Source: a virus. From it: 64,000 nucleotides of DNA. Below, one piece after another: positions 19,251 to 30,000 of the stretch. Position numbers and translations under genes: made by a program. The notes beneath the pieces are model-generated. The model was not told the DNA's origin and searched no databases. It worked only from the letters and a program-made list of their open reading frames with translations. The stretch covers positions 4,902 through 68,901 of IMG/VR virus record IMGVR_UViG_3300025769_000095. The stretch is one strand, 5' to 3'. Positions within the stretch are counted from its first letter, which is position 1. Each line of letters starts with the position of its first letter.

Positions 19251-19694
19251 CTATTGTTGAGGTATAAAAACAACATTCACATCTGCTTCATCAAACATTT
19301 CTAATGCTGCAGCAAAGCTTTCAGTGTATCTTTCAGGAACTTTGTTAAACTCCCAAGTACATACTTTCTTAATTCCACATTGGATTATAGCTCTTGCACA
19401 ATCAGCACAAGTCATAAGAGTGGTATATATTGTCCCTCCTATTGGTGAAGCATTTGTTCTATGAGCATTGTAAATAGCATTGCGTTCTGCATGCTCAGTA
19501 TACAAGTACTTTTGTGGTCTTTCATACCTCCAAGTTTTGTCATCATCTACTTCTGATGGAAATCCATTGTATCCAATAGAAACAATACGATTTGTAGAGT
19601 CAACAATTACTGCACCTACTTGAGTATGTGGGTCTTTTGACCAAGTTTTAATATGCTCAGCAAGATGTAAAAAGCGAAGATCCCAATCAGCCAT
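19251..19694 (-). CDS. dCMP deaminase
   Basis: SKDPHTQVGA, GYNG, HAERNAI, TCADC; start set to MADWD (TAATG overlap with the upstream gene). Confidence 0.9.
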   Translation of the reverse strand: MADWDLRFLHLAEHIKTWSKDPHTQVGAVIVDSTNRIVSIGYNGFPSEVDDDKTWRYERPQKYLYTEHAERNAIYNAHRTNASPIGGTIYTTLMTCADCARAIIQCGIKKVCTWEFNKVPERYTESFAAALEMFDEADVNVVFIPQQ

Positions 19695-20740
19695 TATGGT
19701 GTTTCTTGTAAAGTTAAAGCTTTCCAATGTTTTATACTAATGAATGGAGCAATAATTTTTTCATTGGGATGCAAAACCATACAGGGGTATACAGGGCTTG
19801 TAAGAATAGAAAACCAAGTAGCAGCATATTCGTCATGGGTTTTTAATGTAGCACTATTCAAATATACTTTGAGCTTACCACTTTCCCAATCAAATGCACC
19901 TCCTGGTCTATGTGTATGAGCACCTAAATAAATATCTCCCTCAGGATATTGCATTGCGCTGTACTTTTTATTTGCATGGTTTACATTCCACATTGAATGA
20001 CCTGGGAATTTATGTGCAGCTGCTATCTTATACAAGACATCACCTACTTGCAAATTAACATGACAAATACCTGTACTGTAAGGCACTACTTTGGTAATAA
20101 TATTTCTTGGTACATCAACTCCAGAGAATTGTTTAATTCGAGCATCATGATTACCCTGAACTGCAAACAACACTTTATGCTTAATGTCATTTAGCCATGA
20201 CTTCATAAACTGTATTTGCAATTCAGGGGTCAATACGGAGGTCAATACTTCTGCTATAGACCTCAATTTTATGGCGAGATCAATCTCGTCTCCCATTAGA
20301 ATGATATATAGATTCGGAGTTTTTATTATTTCGTCAGTAATCTTTTGAAACAATTCATAATCAGTACCAATAGCACCAATGTGTACGTCTCCAAAAGGAA
20401 TAATACAGATTGGATTCTTTGTACTAACTGATACATCTATAAAGTGAGATGATGCATTATTCCTCCCTCTGAGTTTTTTCATTTGCTCAATAGCAGGAAT
20501 CATATCTCTCCATGAAATGTCATCAATAGATACTGTGTCTTCAAGTACTGTTGGACTTTCAATAAGTAACCTTACACCATTAACTCCTTGTGGAAGGTTA
20601 TTCTTTTTGAGAAGTCTTTTAATTCTACTACCAGCTGCAATGCTGCTGATATCAAGTAGAGTTCCTATTTTTTCAAAATAGCTTTCTGAGGTATCCTCTT
20701 CTGAAGGATTGTTAGTTTTTAGTAGTTGTAGTAGTTCCAT
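19694..20740 (-). CDS. Calcineurin-like metallophosphoesterase
   Basis: GDVH, GDEID, GNHD, AH and AHTH metal-binding motifs. Confidence 0.85.
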   Translation of the reverse strand: MELLQLLKTNNPSEEDTSESYFEKIGTLLDISSIAAGSRIKRLLKKNNLPQGVNGVRLLIESPTVLEDTVSIDDISWRDMIPAIEQMKKLRGRNNASSHFIDVSVSTKNPICIIPFGDVHIGAIGTDYELFQKITDEIIKTPNLYIILMGDEIDLAIKLRSIAEVLTSVLTPELQIQFMKSWLNDIKHKVLFAVQGNHDARIKQFSGVDVPRNIITKVVPYSTGICHVNLQVGDVLYKIAAAHKFPGHSMWNVNHANKKYSAMQYPEGDIYLGAHTHRPGGAFDWESGKLKVYLNSATLKTHDEYAATWFSILTSPVYPCMVLHPNEKIIAPFISIKHWKALTLQETP

Positions 20741-23700
20741 TAGTTACTTGTTAAGTATTCTCCCATAGCAAAAGGAGCATTGTTAAGTTGTTTATTAACA
20801 ATAAATTGATTAATTGATTTTGGATCTCTTAAGTTAAACAGTCCTTTGATAACAGGAATAAAACGAATTATAAATCTTTCTCTTTCCGTCATTCCTTCAA
20901 ATGGACCTCTTGATATTTCTTCACCTGAAAATAACTGTGTGATATCTAACATATACTCAGCATATTTTAATGATGCAACAGGATTTTGTAACACAGTAAT
21001 AAATTCACCAGGGTTGAGAATTGGTAATGAACTACCTATCTCAACAGCTGCTTTGTTGGTAAGATAAGAAAGTAATTCAAGATCTTCATCATCATCTGCC
21101 ATACCATGAATCATACCAGCTAACATAAATATTCCAATTGCCCTAACAGTATCAGTTAAAACCATTTTAACTCCATACTTTTCAGAAGGAGTTAATTGTT
21201 CCCACATTTCTAATTGTGCAGCAGATCTTAATAAATTACCTCTAAAAAACATTCCTAGTTTTTTCAATGTAGGTTTACCAGATTCCCTGTCTCTAAATGC
21301 AGATAACCAATATCCTTCATCATAATCACCTGTCATTGGATCATATCCTCTTTTTTTAAGACGATCATAAAACACTCTAAACAAAAAACTTCTATGTAAT
21401 GTTAAAGATGCCAATGCATAATGTTGGTGAAGATACGTTTTATCTTGAGGAGATAACTGTCCTTCTACTCTAGCTACTAAATCTTGAGCTCTTAAAGATA
21501 CTTGATTCCATATTTTTTCTGCACCTTTTGGTAAAACCATTTTACCTGTCTTGTCAACTGTTATATTTTCATAAAGGTTAGGTAAGTTATCCCAGTTATC
21601 ACCTTTGTAAAATGCTTTACTTACCCAATTTCCATTTTCATCTTTTTTAATATCTAAGGTCAAAGCTATCAATAATCTTGAACTTAAAATGTGTGAAGGT
21701 ATTGTATATGGAGCCCATCCTAAACTTTCTCTTAAAAGAACACCTCTATCAAAGTTTTTAGTTATTTCCATCAACCCTGCACTTTCAGCCATTACATTAA
21801 GCTTTGCTTTTTTTACCTTGCTTAAGCCATCCATTCCGTTCTTTACCATTTCTGCCATTTGGATTTTCATGGCTCTAGTTTGCAATCCTCTACTGATATA
21901 ATAATCCATTATACCTTCTTGCAAAGCATTGACTCTAGCTGTAACAGCAGAAGAAAATATACTACCTAAGTTGCCCATAAGGTTAACTGATCGAGTATAG
22001 CTATTAATCTTTTCAAAGGCTTTAGTTATATTAAAGCCCATAAACTCAACTTTTTTCTTAGGTTTGTCAGAAAGATTTATATCTAATCCAGTCTGAAGTA
22101 ATTTGTAAGCATTTGTTTCTACGCCTTTTTTACCATCAACTGTACGCCTTGCATATTGCTGTTCAATTACTTGTATTTTTTTAATAATCTTTTTTCTATT
22201 TTGATAAGTCTTACCAACTCTTGCGTATTCTACTAAGGCACCTACTAAATCTCTACTAATTAAATTAGGGTCTTTAAGTTTTTTATTATGGTGTACAGGA
22301 ACTCCTCGCATTACAAACTCAGTATCTGCATTTTGTATAGATTCAGGATCTCCAAACATTAAAGTATCATCTTCATCAGTAAAGAACTCAGATTTAATAC
22401 CTCCTTTAATTCTTTGGAATAAGTGTTTATTCCTATGAATAACAGCTCCCATCATATCTTCACGAATAGGAATCATCATATCAGAAGGAGTATTTCCTGG
22501 AAGCACATCATCAATTTTCTTTTTTTCATTTTTGTAAAACTCAATAAAATCTCTTTGTTCTTGACTTAAAGAATTCCATTTTTTATTAGTATAATCATTA
22601 GTTTTAATTGACCCATACTTATCATGTTTAATAGTTGAACCATCACTAGGTTCAACCATATCACCTTTCCAATATTTCTTAAGTTGTCCGTTGTGATAAT
22701 AATATCCTATGTTTTGTTTTTTCCATTCTGCAAAAGCATAAGGATTTAATTCTTTTTGAGCAAGAGCCATTATTTTGTTAGCATCCTTTTTAGGCATTGT
22801 ATTTTGAGAATACCATTTGTTAAGTTTGCTTTTATATTCTTTATAATTTTTAAGTTCAGCTTTTTGACTTTCCAATAAAGAATCAGGATCAGCTCTGTTT
22901 ATATCTTCCATTCTTTCTTTGTAAAGCATTCTTTCTTCACCACTTTTAGGAATGTTGTGTTCATTATATAATTTTTCAAAAAACTCAGCTTTTGCTTTTT
23001 CAAACTTACCTTTATGGATTCTACCCATTAAATATCCAGTAGCTTTTCCATCATCTAATGTTTCTAATGCAAAATCATAATTGTTAAACTTAAACTGCTT
23101 AAGTTTAGCATCAAGATCTTTAACAAAATTAGATGTCTCACGAGTAGATTGTATTTTTGCTTGACCTAAAATAGAGTTTACTAACCTTAAAATAGGATCA
23201 GATGCGTATCTACCTGACCCAGTATATCTTTCAACTGAATATACATCTTTTGTACCTTTTATAATTTCCCTGTAATCAATGTAATCTTTAGATGATTCAT
23301 CCTCTCCAAATAGGATTTTATTAATTTCCCTATCAATAGAATCGTTGTTCTTTTTAAGAACCTGACCTGATGGAGTAACTGTTTCAGTAGAAATAGAAAG
23401 CTCTTCAATATAAGATTGGCGTACTGTATCTATTGCTAAGTTTTGTAGCTTCCAATTTAAAGAAGCTTCAGCAGATGCAAAAGCATTTAATGCTTGTTGA
23501 GTTAACTCTAAAAGTTCTCTTTCTCCTACAAGTGGAAGATCATTTTTAGTTCTTTTAATAGTATCATTTTCAAGCTCATTAATCCTAATATTTAAATACT
23601 CTTGAAGATCTTTTAAAATAGGTTTGTAATGACCATAAAATTCCATAATTTGATTAAGTGTCTCATCAGTAAGTTTGTACTTACCTGTTGTATCAGTTAA

Positions 23701-24858
23701 ATAACTTAATACTTTTTGAGAATCTTGCATTACATGGGTGATAAATTGAGATAACCCTACACCTCTTTGAATAGATATTTTTTCTAAATCTAAATCTTGT
23801 AACTGTGTTTTAATAGATTGTTTAATAGTATCAGTAAGTTCTTGTCTACGAGCTAGTTTTCTAGATCTAGCTCTTAATTTTTGTTTTATAAGCCTTACTT
23901 TACCCATAAAAGCAGGGTCAACAGCAATAGTGTTTTTGTATTGATTTTTAATATAATCTTTTAAATCTGTCTCATTATAAAATTTTACTTTACCATTACT
24001 GTCTTTACGTTTATAAATAGTTTCTTGATCAAAATTATCTAAATAAGATTCTGCAATTTCTCTTTCAGCCTCTGACAAAAATCTCATGCCTCTTTTAATA
24101 TCATTTTTAGAAGCAGTTTTTATGTCACCAGATTTAATTTCATTTTCTATTTGAACATCAGCTAAAGAATAATAAATATTTTTATCTTGAACTGGATTTT
24201 TTAAATCAACCTCGTTTAAAATATCTTCTAAATATAATTCCAATCTAATATTTACATCAAACAATGCTAAAAATTTATTCCAAAGTTTTTTTAAATACTT
24301 TGACAGTAAAGTACCTTTTTGGACTTTCATATCTTTAAGTAAAACTCTAGACCCTATTTGATGAAGTATTTCCTTTTTAGCTTTTATTTCATCACCTTCG
24401 TACTTCTCTAAATATTTAGCATAGTTTTTCTTATATTGATCTGTTCTTTCTACATAACTAAGAATTTTATCAAAGTCAGGATCTTTTTCATACTCACTAT
24501 GAGCTAACATAATATGAACAAGTTCTTCTGATAACATTTCTTTAGTAAGATTACCTTTTCTATAAGCAATAGCATTTCTCATAGGATCGGCTAATGCTTG
24601 CACATCATCTGCTAATTTGTTACCAGTAACTTCTTGCCACCATTCAAGAGATTCTAATCGAATACCTGATTGTCTAGTAAAGTTTATTAAATTACCCAAA
24701 TCAGTATCTATCATTTCAATGACAGGATAAGTTTCTACTTTGTTTTTGTTTTGCCAAATAGCAGTTTCCATTTCAAACAAAGCAGGGGCATACCCATACT
24801 TTTCAGCTTCCTTTAATTTTCTTTGATAATCAGGGTGTGATATGTTAACACATTTCAT
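20740..24858 (-). CDS. Large virion cargo/ejected protein (crAss-like, RNAP-associated locus)
   Basis: 1372 aa, helical, hydrophobic C-terminal helices, degenerate zincin-like EELVH; position downstream of the virion RNAP. Confidence 0.55.
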   Translation of the reverse strand: MKCVNISHPDYQRKLKEAEKYGYAPALFEMETAIWQNKNKVETYPVIEMIDTDLGNLINFTRQSGIRLESLEWWQEVTGNKLADDVQALADPMRNAIAYRKGNLTKEMLSEELVHIMLAHSEYEKDPDFDKILSYVERTDQYKKNYAKYLEKYEGDEIKAKKEILHQIGSRVLLKDMKVQKGTLLSKYLKKLWNKFLALFDVNIRLELYLEDILNEVDLKNPVQDKNIYYSLADVQIENEIKSGDIKTASKNDIKRGMRFLSEAEREIAESYLDNFDQETIYKRKDSNGKVKFYNETDLKDYIKNQYKNTIAVDPAFMGKVRLIKQKLRARSRKLARRQELTDTIKQSIKTQLQDLDLEKISIQRGVGLSQFITHVMQDSQKVLSYLTDTTGKYKLTDETLNQIMEFYGHYKPILKDLQEYLNIRINELENDTIKRTKNDLPLVGERELLELTQQALNAFASAEASLNWKLQNLAIDTVRQSYIEELSISTETVTPSGQVLKKNNDSIDREINKILFGEDESSKDYIDYREIIKGTKDVYSVERYTGSGRYASDPILRLVNSILGQAKIQSTRETSNFVKDLDAKLKQFKFNNYDFALETLDDGKATGYLMGRIHKGKFEKAKAEFFEKLYNEHNIPKSGEERMLYKERMEDINRADPDSLLESQKAELKNYKEYKSKLNKWYSQNTMPKKDANKIMALAQKELNPYAFAEWKKQNIGYYYHNGQLKKYWKGDMVEPSDGSTIKHDKYGSIKTNDYTNKKWNSLSQEQRDFIEFYKNEKKKIDDVLPGNTPSDMMIPIREDMMGAVIHRNKHLFQRIKGGIKSEFFTDEDDTLMFGDPESIQNADTEFVMRGVPVHHNKKLKDPNLISRDLVGALVEYARVGKTYQNRKKIIKKIQVIEQQYARRTVDGKKGVETNAYKLLQTGLDINLSDKPKKKVEFMGFNITKAFEKINSYTRSVNLMGNLGSIFSSAVTARVNALQEGIMDYYISRGLQTRAMKIQMAEMVKNGMDGLSKVKKAKLNVMAESAGLMEITKNFDRGVLLRESLGWAPYTIPSHILSSRLLIALTLDIKKDENGNWVSKAFYKGDNWDNLPNLYENITVDKTGKMVLPKGAEKIWNQVSLRAQDLVARVEGQLSPQDKTYLHQHYALASLTLHRSFLFRVFYDRLKKRGYDPMTGDYDEGYWLSAFRDRESGKPTLKKLGMFFRGNLLRSAAQLEMWEQLTPSEKYGVKMVLTDTVRAIGIFMLAGMIHGMADDDEDLELLSYLTNKAAVEIGSSLPILNPGEFITVLQNPVASLKYAEYMLDITQLFSGEEISRGPFEGMTERERFIIRFIPVIKGLFNLRDPKSINQFIVNKQLNNAPFAMGEYLTSN

Positions 24859-24868
24859 GATGATTTAT

Positions 24869-27028
24869 TTAATCTACTTGGTAGTTTACAACGTTAGCTA
24901 AAACATTATTACTGTAATCCCAATCAAAATTCTTTAAATTCTTAAGGTTAGTCATATTTCCTTTAGAATCTTTAAGCAATGCTTTGTTTGGTGATTGCCA
25001 GCTGTTAGTTAAGGCATACCAAAATAACTCTGGATCATTACCATATCGTTCAGGGTTTCTAGCAAATGTTCTGTAATTCTCTGCCATAAAAGCAAATGAT
25101 AATTGACCTTGAAGTTTTTTATCTTTATTTAATGCATTTTCCATTTTAAGTAAGAGCCTTCTTTCAATTTCTTTATCTGAAAAAATATTTTTCTTTTTAA
25201 GCTCTTTTGCTTCTTTTATTAACTCTGGAAAATATTGATCTCTTAATTTAGGTGATAATGATGATACATTAAGTTGAGAAACTCCTAAACTTAAAGTTTT
25301 ACTTGGAGAAGTACCTCTTGTAATTTGTCGATATGATTTAGCAAGACCTGGTGCTGCAGATTCAGCTCTATATGTAGGACTATAACCTTCATTTGTTTCA
25401 GCATGAGGAATGGCAGCTGTTATTGCACCTATCTTCTTTAGATCTTCTATTGGAATATCACTATAATTAGTTAAGTCTACTGAGTTAATACCTTCTAAAT
25501 AAGACCTCATTGCAGGTGTTTTCTTTGCTTGACTTTTGTAAGAATCATCTTCAGATAAAGCTAAGTCAGCATACTCACTTTCAGGTACAGGAGAAATATT
25601 TAAAGTTTGACCTGAATGATCATACCTTTCACCTTTTAATTCTTCAGGAATATTTAATGGTTTTTCAGCTTCAATAGCATTTAAGTTTCTTGCTCTTTCT
25701 GCAACATCAACATCTCCAAATCTTGTCCTTCTGTAAAATCCAACTTTTCCATTGTTAGATGAAAAACGTTTCATAGCATCTTCTATAGAATTAAAGGTTC
25801 TTATTCTTCCTTGCTTGTCACCTGTATTGTCTAAAATAGTAATCTTAGATTGCATTGGGTCATCTTCATCCTTTTCTAAATCTACAACTACTAATGCATG
25901 ACTACCTCTAGAACTAGTACCATCTTCATTCATATAATTAACACGAATAATATCTCCAACATCAGGTGTTGTTATTGAAGTATCAGAGTGATATTGCCAC
26001 CCTTCTTTTTCAGCAGCTTTTGCAAAATCATAATTAGAAAAATAAATACCTTCTGAAAATCCTGTGTCAGTATATCCTCCTTTAAATAATCCAGGCTCTA
26101 CTTGTTCATCTAAGAAAGTACAAACTCCTCCAATACATTGAGATACAGCTCCATATTCAGAACCTGCTTCTAATCGTTTGTTTACACTTTCTTTCATTGC
26201 AAAATCAGAACCTGGTTTATAATTTTTACCTGCTGCTCTGACTTTATCTTGATAATCTTGTCTTATACTTCTACCTTCTTCTACACTTGTTCTTGCTTCA
26301 TTCATTCTTTGTTGATACTCTTCATCTAACCCTCCTTGACTTCTTAAATGAAGTACTGTTTTTTCATCTAATGCTCCTGTTACAGGCAAGTTATTTTGTT
26401 GTTGGTAAGTTTTAATATTTTCAACTGACTGAGGAACTTCAAATGATGAAAAGTTTAAACCTCTAACAGGATCACTTACAGGAGTTTTTCTTGGAGCTGT
26501 AACTGATACTTCTGGTAAATTTTGAATAGACTCGTCATATCCACCTTTAAATATATAATCTAATGTCCCAAATATACTTGCTTCTTCTGTTGGTAAAGTA
26601 GGACCTAATGGTTCTGACGAAATTGGTGTAGTTGTTTTAATAGCAGTTGGCTCAGCAGAAGTTGGCTCAGTAGTTGGAGTATTCCTAAAGTTATAATCAT
26701 TAATTAATTTTTCCTTTAATCTTAAATTAGCTTCTGCTGATCCATCAGTTAATCCTTCTGCTTTAGCAGTATCCCACGATTTACCTGTAAGAGTGGTGTA
26801 TACTTCATAAGGTTTCATATTAGCATATAATCCACCATCAGGTGCATAGTCAGGTGCTGCAGGTAATGTATCCACTAACTCATCAATACAGCCATAACAA
26901 CCCTCTTGTAATTTTTGCTGTACAAAATTTCTTTTATTAGCAGGTATAATTACTTTATCCCCAAAATCATTTTCAAGGATAAGCTCATTATGTTCAGCTT
27001 CTACTTCTATATTTCTATACATAATCAT
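24869..27028 (-). CDS. Multi-domain virion-associated peptidoglycan hydrolase
   Basis: PG-binding-like YQQQNNLPVTGALD; CHAP/NlpC-like QC...VGDII...SHALVV; lysozyme/SLT-like HAETN...SLGVSQL. Confidence 0.6.
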   Translation of the reverse strand: MIMYRNIEVEAEHNELILENDFGDKVIIPANKRNFVQQKLQEGCYGCIDELVDTLPAAPDYAPDGGLYANMKPYEVYTTLTGKSWDTAKAEGLTDGSAEANLRLKEKLINDYNFRNTPTTEPTSAEPTAIKTTTPISSEPLGPTLPTEEASIFGTLDYIFKGGYDESIQNLPEVSVTAPRKTPVSDPVRGLNFSSFEVPQSVENIKTYQQQNNLPVTGALDEKTVLHLRSQGGLDEEYQQRMNEARTSVEEGRSIRQDYQDKVRAAGKNYKPGSDFAMKESVNKRLEAGSEYGAVSQCIGGVCTFLDEQVEPGLFKGGYTDTGFSEGIYFSNYDFAKAAEKEGWQYHSDTSITTPDVGDIIRVNYMNEDGTSSRGSHALVVVDLEKDEDDPMQSKITILDNTGDKQGRIRTFNSIEDAMKRFSSNNGKVGFYRRTRFGDVDVAERARNLNAIEAEKPLNIPEELKGERYDHSGQTLNISPVPESEYADLALSEDDSYKSQAKKTPAMRSYLEGINSVDLTNYSDIPIEDLKKIGAITAAIPHAETNEGYSPTYRAESAAPGLAKSYRQITRGTSPSKTLSLGVSQLNVSSLSPKLRDQYFPELIKEAKELKKKNIFSDKEIERRLLLKMENALNKDKKLQGQLSFAFMAENYRTFARNPERYGNDPELFWYALTNSWQSPNKALLKDSKGNMTNLKNLKNFDWDYSNNVLANVVNYQVD

Positions 27029-30000
27029 CTAAGTTTTGATTGTTATTAGATGCTACACTATTTAATAATTGTCCAATATCAGTGCCTTGTTTTAAATTAA
27101 GTTGAATAAGCTCTCTAATATTAGGATCATTTATAATATTAGGATTTTGTAACATTTGTTGTATATGCTCAGGAGTTGCTGATTCTATCATAGGATTGTA
27201 AATACCTTCATCTTGCATTAACTTTTTAAGAGTCGTCAGCTGAGAATGAATTCTTGTAGGATTATCAAAAGCAGAATAAGTTTTATTCAATTCTAAATCT
27301 TTTTTTACAGGTAGCTCAGCTTTAGCATTAAGATCTGCTACATCAGTAGCATTCATTAGTTTTTCTCTTGTGCTACTGACCAATCCTTTATTACCAGCAG
27401 TAGATGCTTTGGCCAGTTCTCTAATAACATCACTTTGATTTGATCCAATTAAGTCAGGATTTACTGATAGATTTGATGAAGGAGTTGGTGACAAACCAAG
27501 TGTTTCATTTATTCCTTGAGGTAAAAAATCTGCAGGATTTAAACTAAAATAATCATTAACAGGTTTGTTTGTATCTGCATATACTTCATTAGGATTAGCT
27601 TCATTAATTAAGCTTGAAGCTGATACACCAATAGAAGGATCTTCTTCTATTGAAACATTTGAAACCCTGCCTGCACGTCTTGCTATTTCTTTATCAACTA
27701 AGTTTGGATCCATGCCTGACTCTGTAAATTCATTAGTAAGAATTTGTTTGTATTGAGGAGAGTTAATATAATCTAATTGCCAATCTTGTTGATTTTGATA
27801 ATTACTAGGAGGGTCACCTATAACCATACCTTGTTGAGCTTTGGGTAAAACTAATCCGTACTCAGCTTTAAAATTAGATTGACCACTTGTAATACTAACA
27901 CCATCCTTACCTATCATAAGATCTACTCCGCCTTTTTCATGCGTAGGATAACCTTGTAAATCTTTAATAAGTCTCCATTTACCACCTTTAGTAAACTTAG
28001 AAGATTTCATTCCTTGCTCAGCTTTTGGAAGACTTGAAGTATTTATATTAGCTTTGTTTGTAGACCTACCTTTTAAACAATTGTTTATCCAATTTTCAAT
28101 ATCACTTATTGAATTTTTATTTTTAGATATAGATTTGATTAGCATTTCTGCTGTAATACCTTCACTTTCCAACAATTCTTTATTTTCTTCAAACACTTCA
28201 TACACACCTTTTTGACCTTCTTTAAATCCTTCTAATGACATTTCATTATTTGGATTGGTAGGTTTGGTAAGTTCCGATCCTTTGTAAATTTTTTTATACT
28301 TAGTTGGATCTTCAACTTCAGGTTGAGTATTTTCTTTATTTAAATTTATATTATTATAAGTAAATTCATTTAAATCTTGTCTGTTAAGAAAACTATCAGT
28401 AAGAATTTGTAATAACTGTCTGTCAGATAATAAATTTAATATCCAATTAGTAAACTTTTTCCACCAATTATATGCTTCACCTTTTTGTTTTACTACTTGT
28501 TCTCCAATAGCTTGTACTAATGCTTCTTCACTGCCAAACCTTTTAATACCTTCTTGTACAATTGGAGTATCTCTAAACCAAGAAATATAATGATGTGCGT
28601 ATTCATGAGGTATTGTATCTGCCTTCTTATTTACAGCATCTACAAGTACAGTCATAGCTTTAATATTAGCTTGACCTATTATTTGGTTAGCTTCATTTCT
28701 TTGAAGCATTATTTCAGATAATACCTCTGGAGTTATAGTAATTTCATTCCATTTATTACCATACTCATCAGTAATTTCTTTTACATCATATAATTTGTTA
28801 AGAGTATTAGTAACTCTGTTTTCATAAAAATCATATATAGGTCTTAAAGCACCAAATCCTTCTTCTTCAACTCTTTTGATTTCTTGTTTGAGTTGGTTTA
28901 TTTCATTATTTAATCTTTCTCTGTTAAAAAGTAATATATAACTCCCCTCTACATCTTCTGGTAATTTAGCATTTTCTATTTTTACATAATCTTTAGCTTC
29001 TTGTTCTGTTTCAAATATAATGTTTTCATCACCATATCCTGAAGTATCTAACCAATCAACTACATATTTAGGTTTTTCTAATTGTTTTTCAATTTCTTTA
29101 ATCCTATCTTCTTTCTGCTTCTTAAACTCTTCTAAAGTTGTGTGACCTTCAATTTTACTAATAGTATCCCCTTTAGGAAATAATACTTTTTCATATCCTT
29201 TCTTAGCACTGTCTTGAATAATAGATTGTATAAAGAAGTTAACCCAATTACCTTTTTTATTTAGTAACTGTAAAAATTTATTTTCATTAAATCCTTCTTT
29301 TGAAGAACTTAATCCAAGTAATCTTTTTCTTTCTTTACTTACTAATTCATCTGCTTCTTCTTTAGTTTTATTTTCATATTCAATTAAACTGTACTCATAA
29401 GCAGATAACATTTCTTCCATATTAGTCACTCCCCTCATACCAGAGGTGTTTAAAGCATTGACTTCAGGATTTGTAATTAAATCTTTTCTATTTCTACCTT
29501 TCTGAAATAAATCAGATTGTAACTCAAGTATTCTGCGAGTTTTAGTATCTTTTCCTCCTATAGTAACATTATCTGGGTTTATTTTTCGACCGTTAGGACC
29601 TTCTATAAAATCATCTGCTCCCATTTCTGTAGCAGTTTTACCTCCTACTCTTTGCTCATCACTTCTAAACCACCCAATACCATTATCTGTAGCAAATTGA
29701 GCATGTCCTTTAATAGCAGGTTTAATAGCTGGTGTGACTATTTCATTTTCTGTGTAATTAGCACCTCCTGGAACTGTTAAATAAGAATAGTATTGAGATT
29801 CTTTTTCTAATACTACATTATTAAATTCTTCTTCTGATATTTTATTTCCATTTTTATAATGTACATATTCAAATTCAGGAGTAACAATTCTTTTATAAAC
29901 ATCATTACCTATTTTATACTCATCTTCTTCTGAGGGAAGTTGTTGTAAATTAATTTTAGATTTAGCAGTATTAATCTCAACAACAAAGCTATTATCAGCT

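Larger units (their letters stand above)
18499..19251 (-). tRNA. trnL: tRNA-Leu(UAA) interrupted by a group I intron (exon 1 19251-19217, exon 2 18549-18499)
   Basis: Joined exons give GCTCGGA TG GTGGAATTGGTAGACAC G CAGGA CT TAA AA TCCTG TGGCCAGTAATGGCCGT GCGGG TTCAAGC CCCGC TCCGAGT A: acceptor stem, D arm, anticodon stem, long variable arm, T arm, A73; CCA not encoded. Confidence 0.95.
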
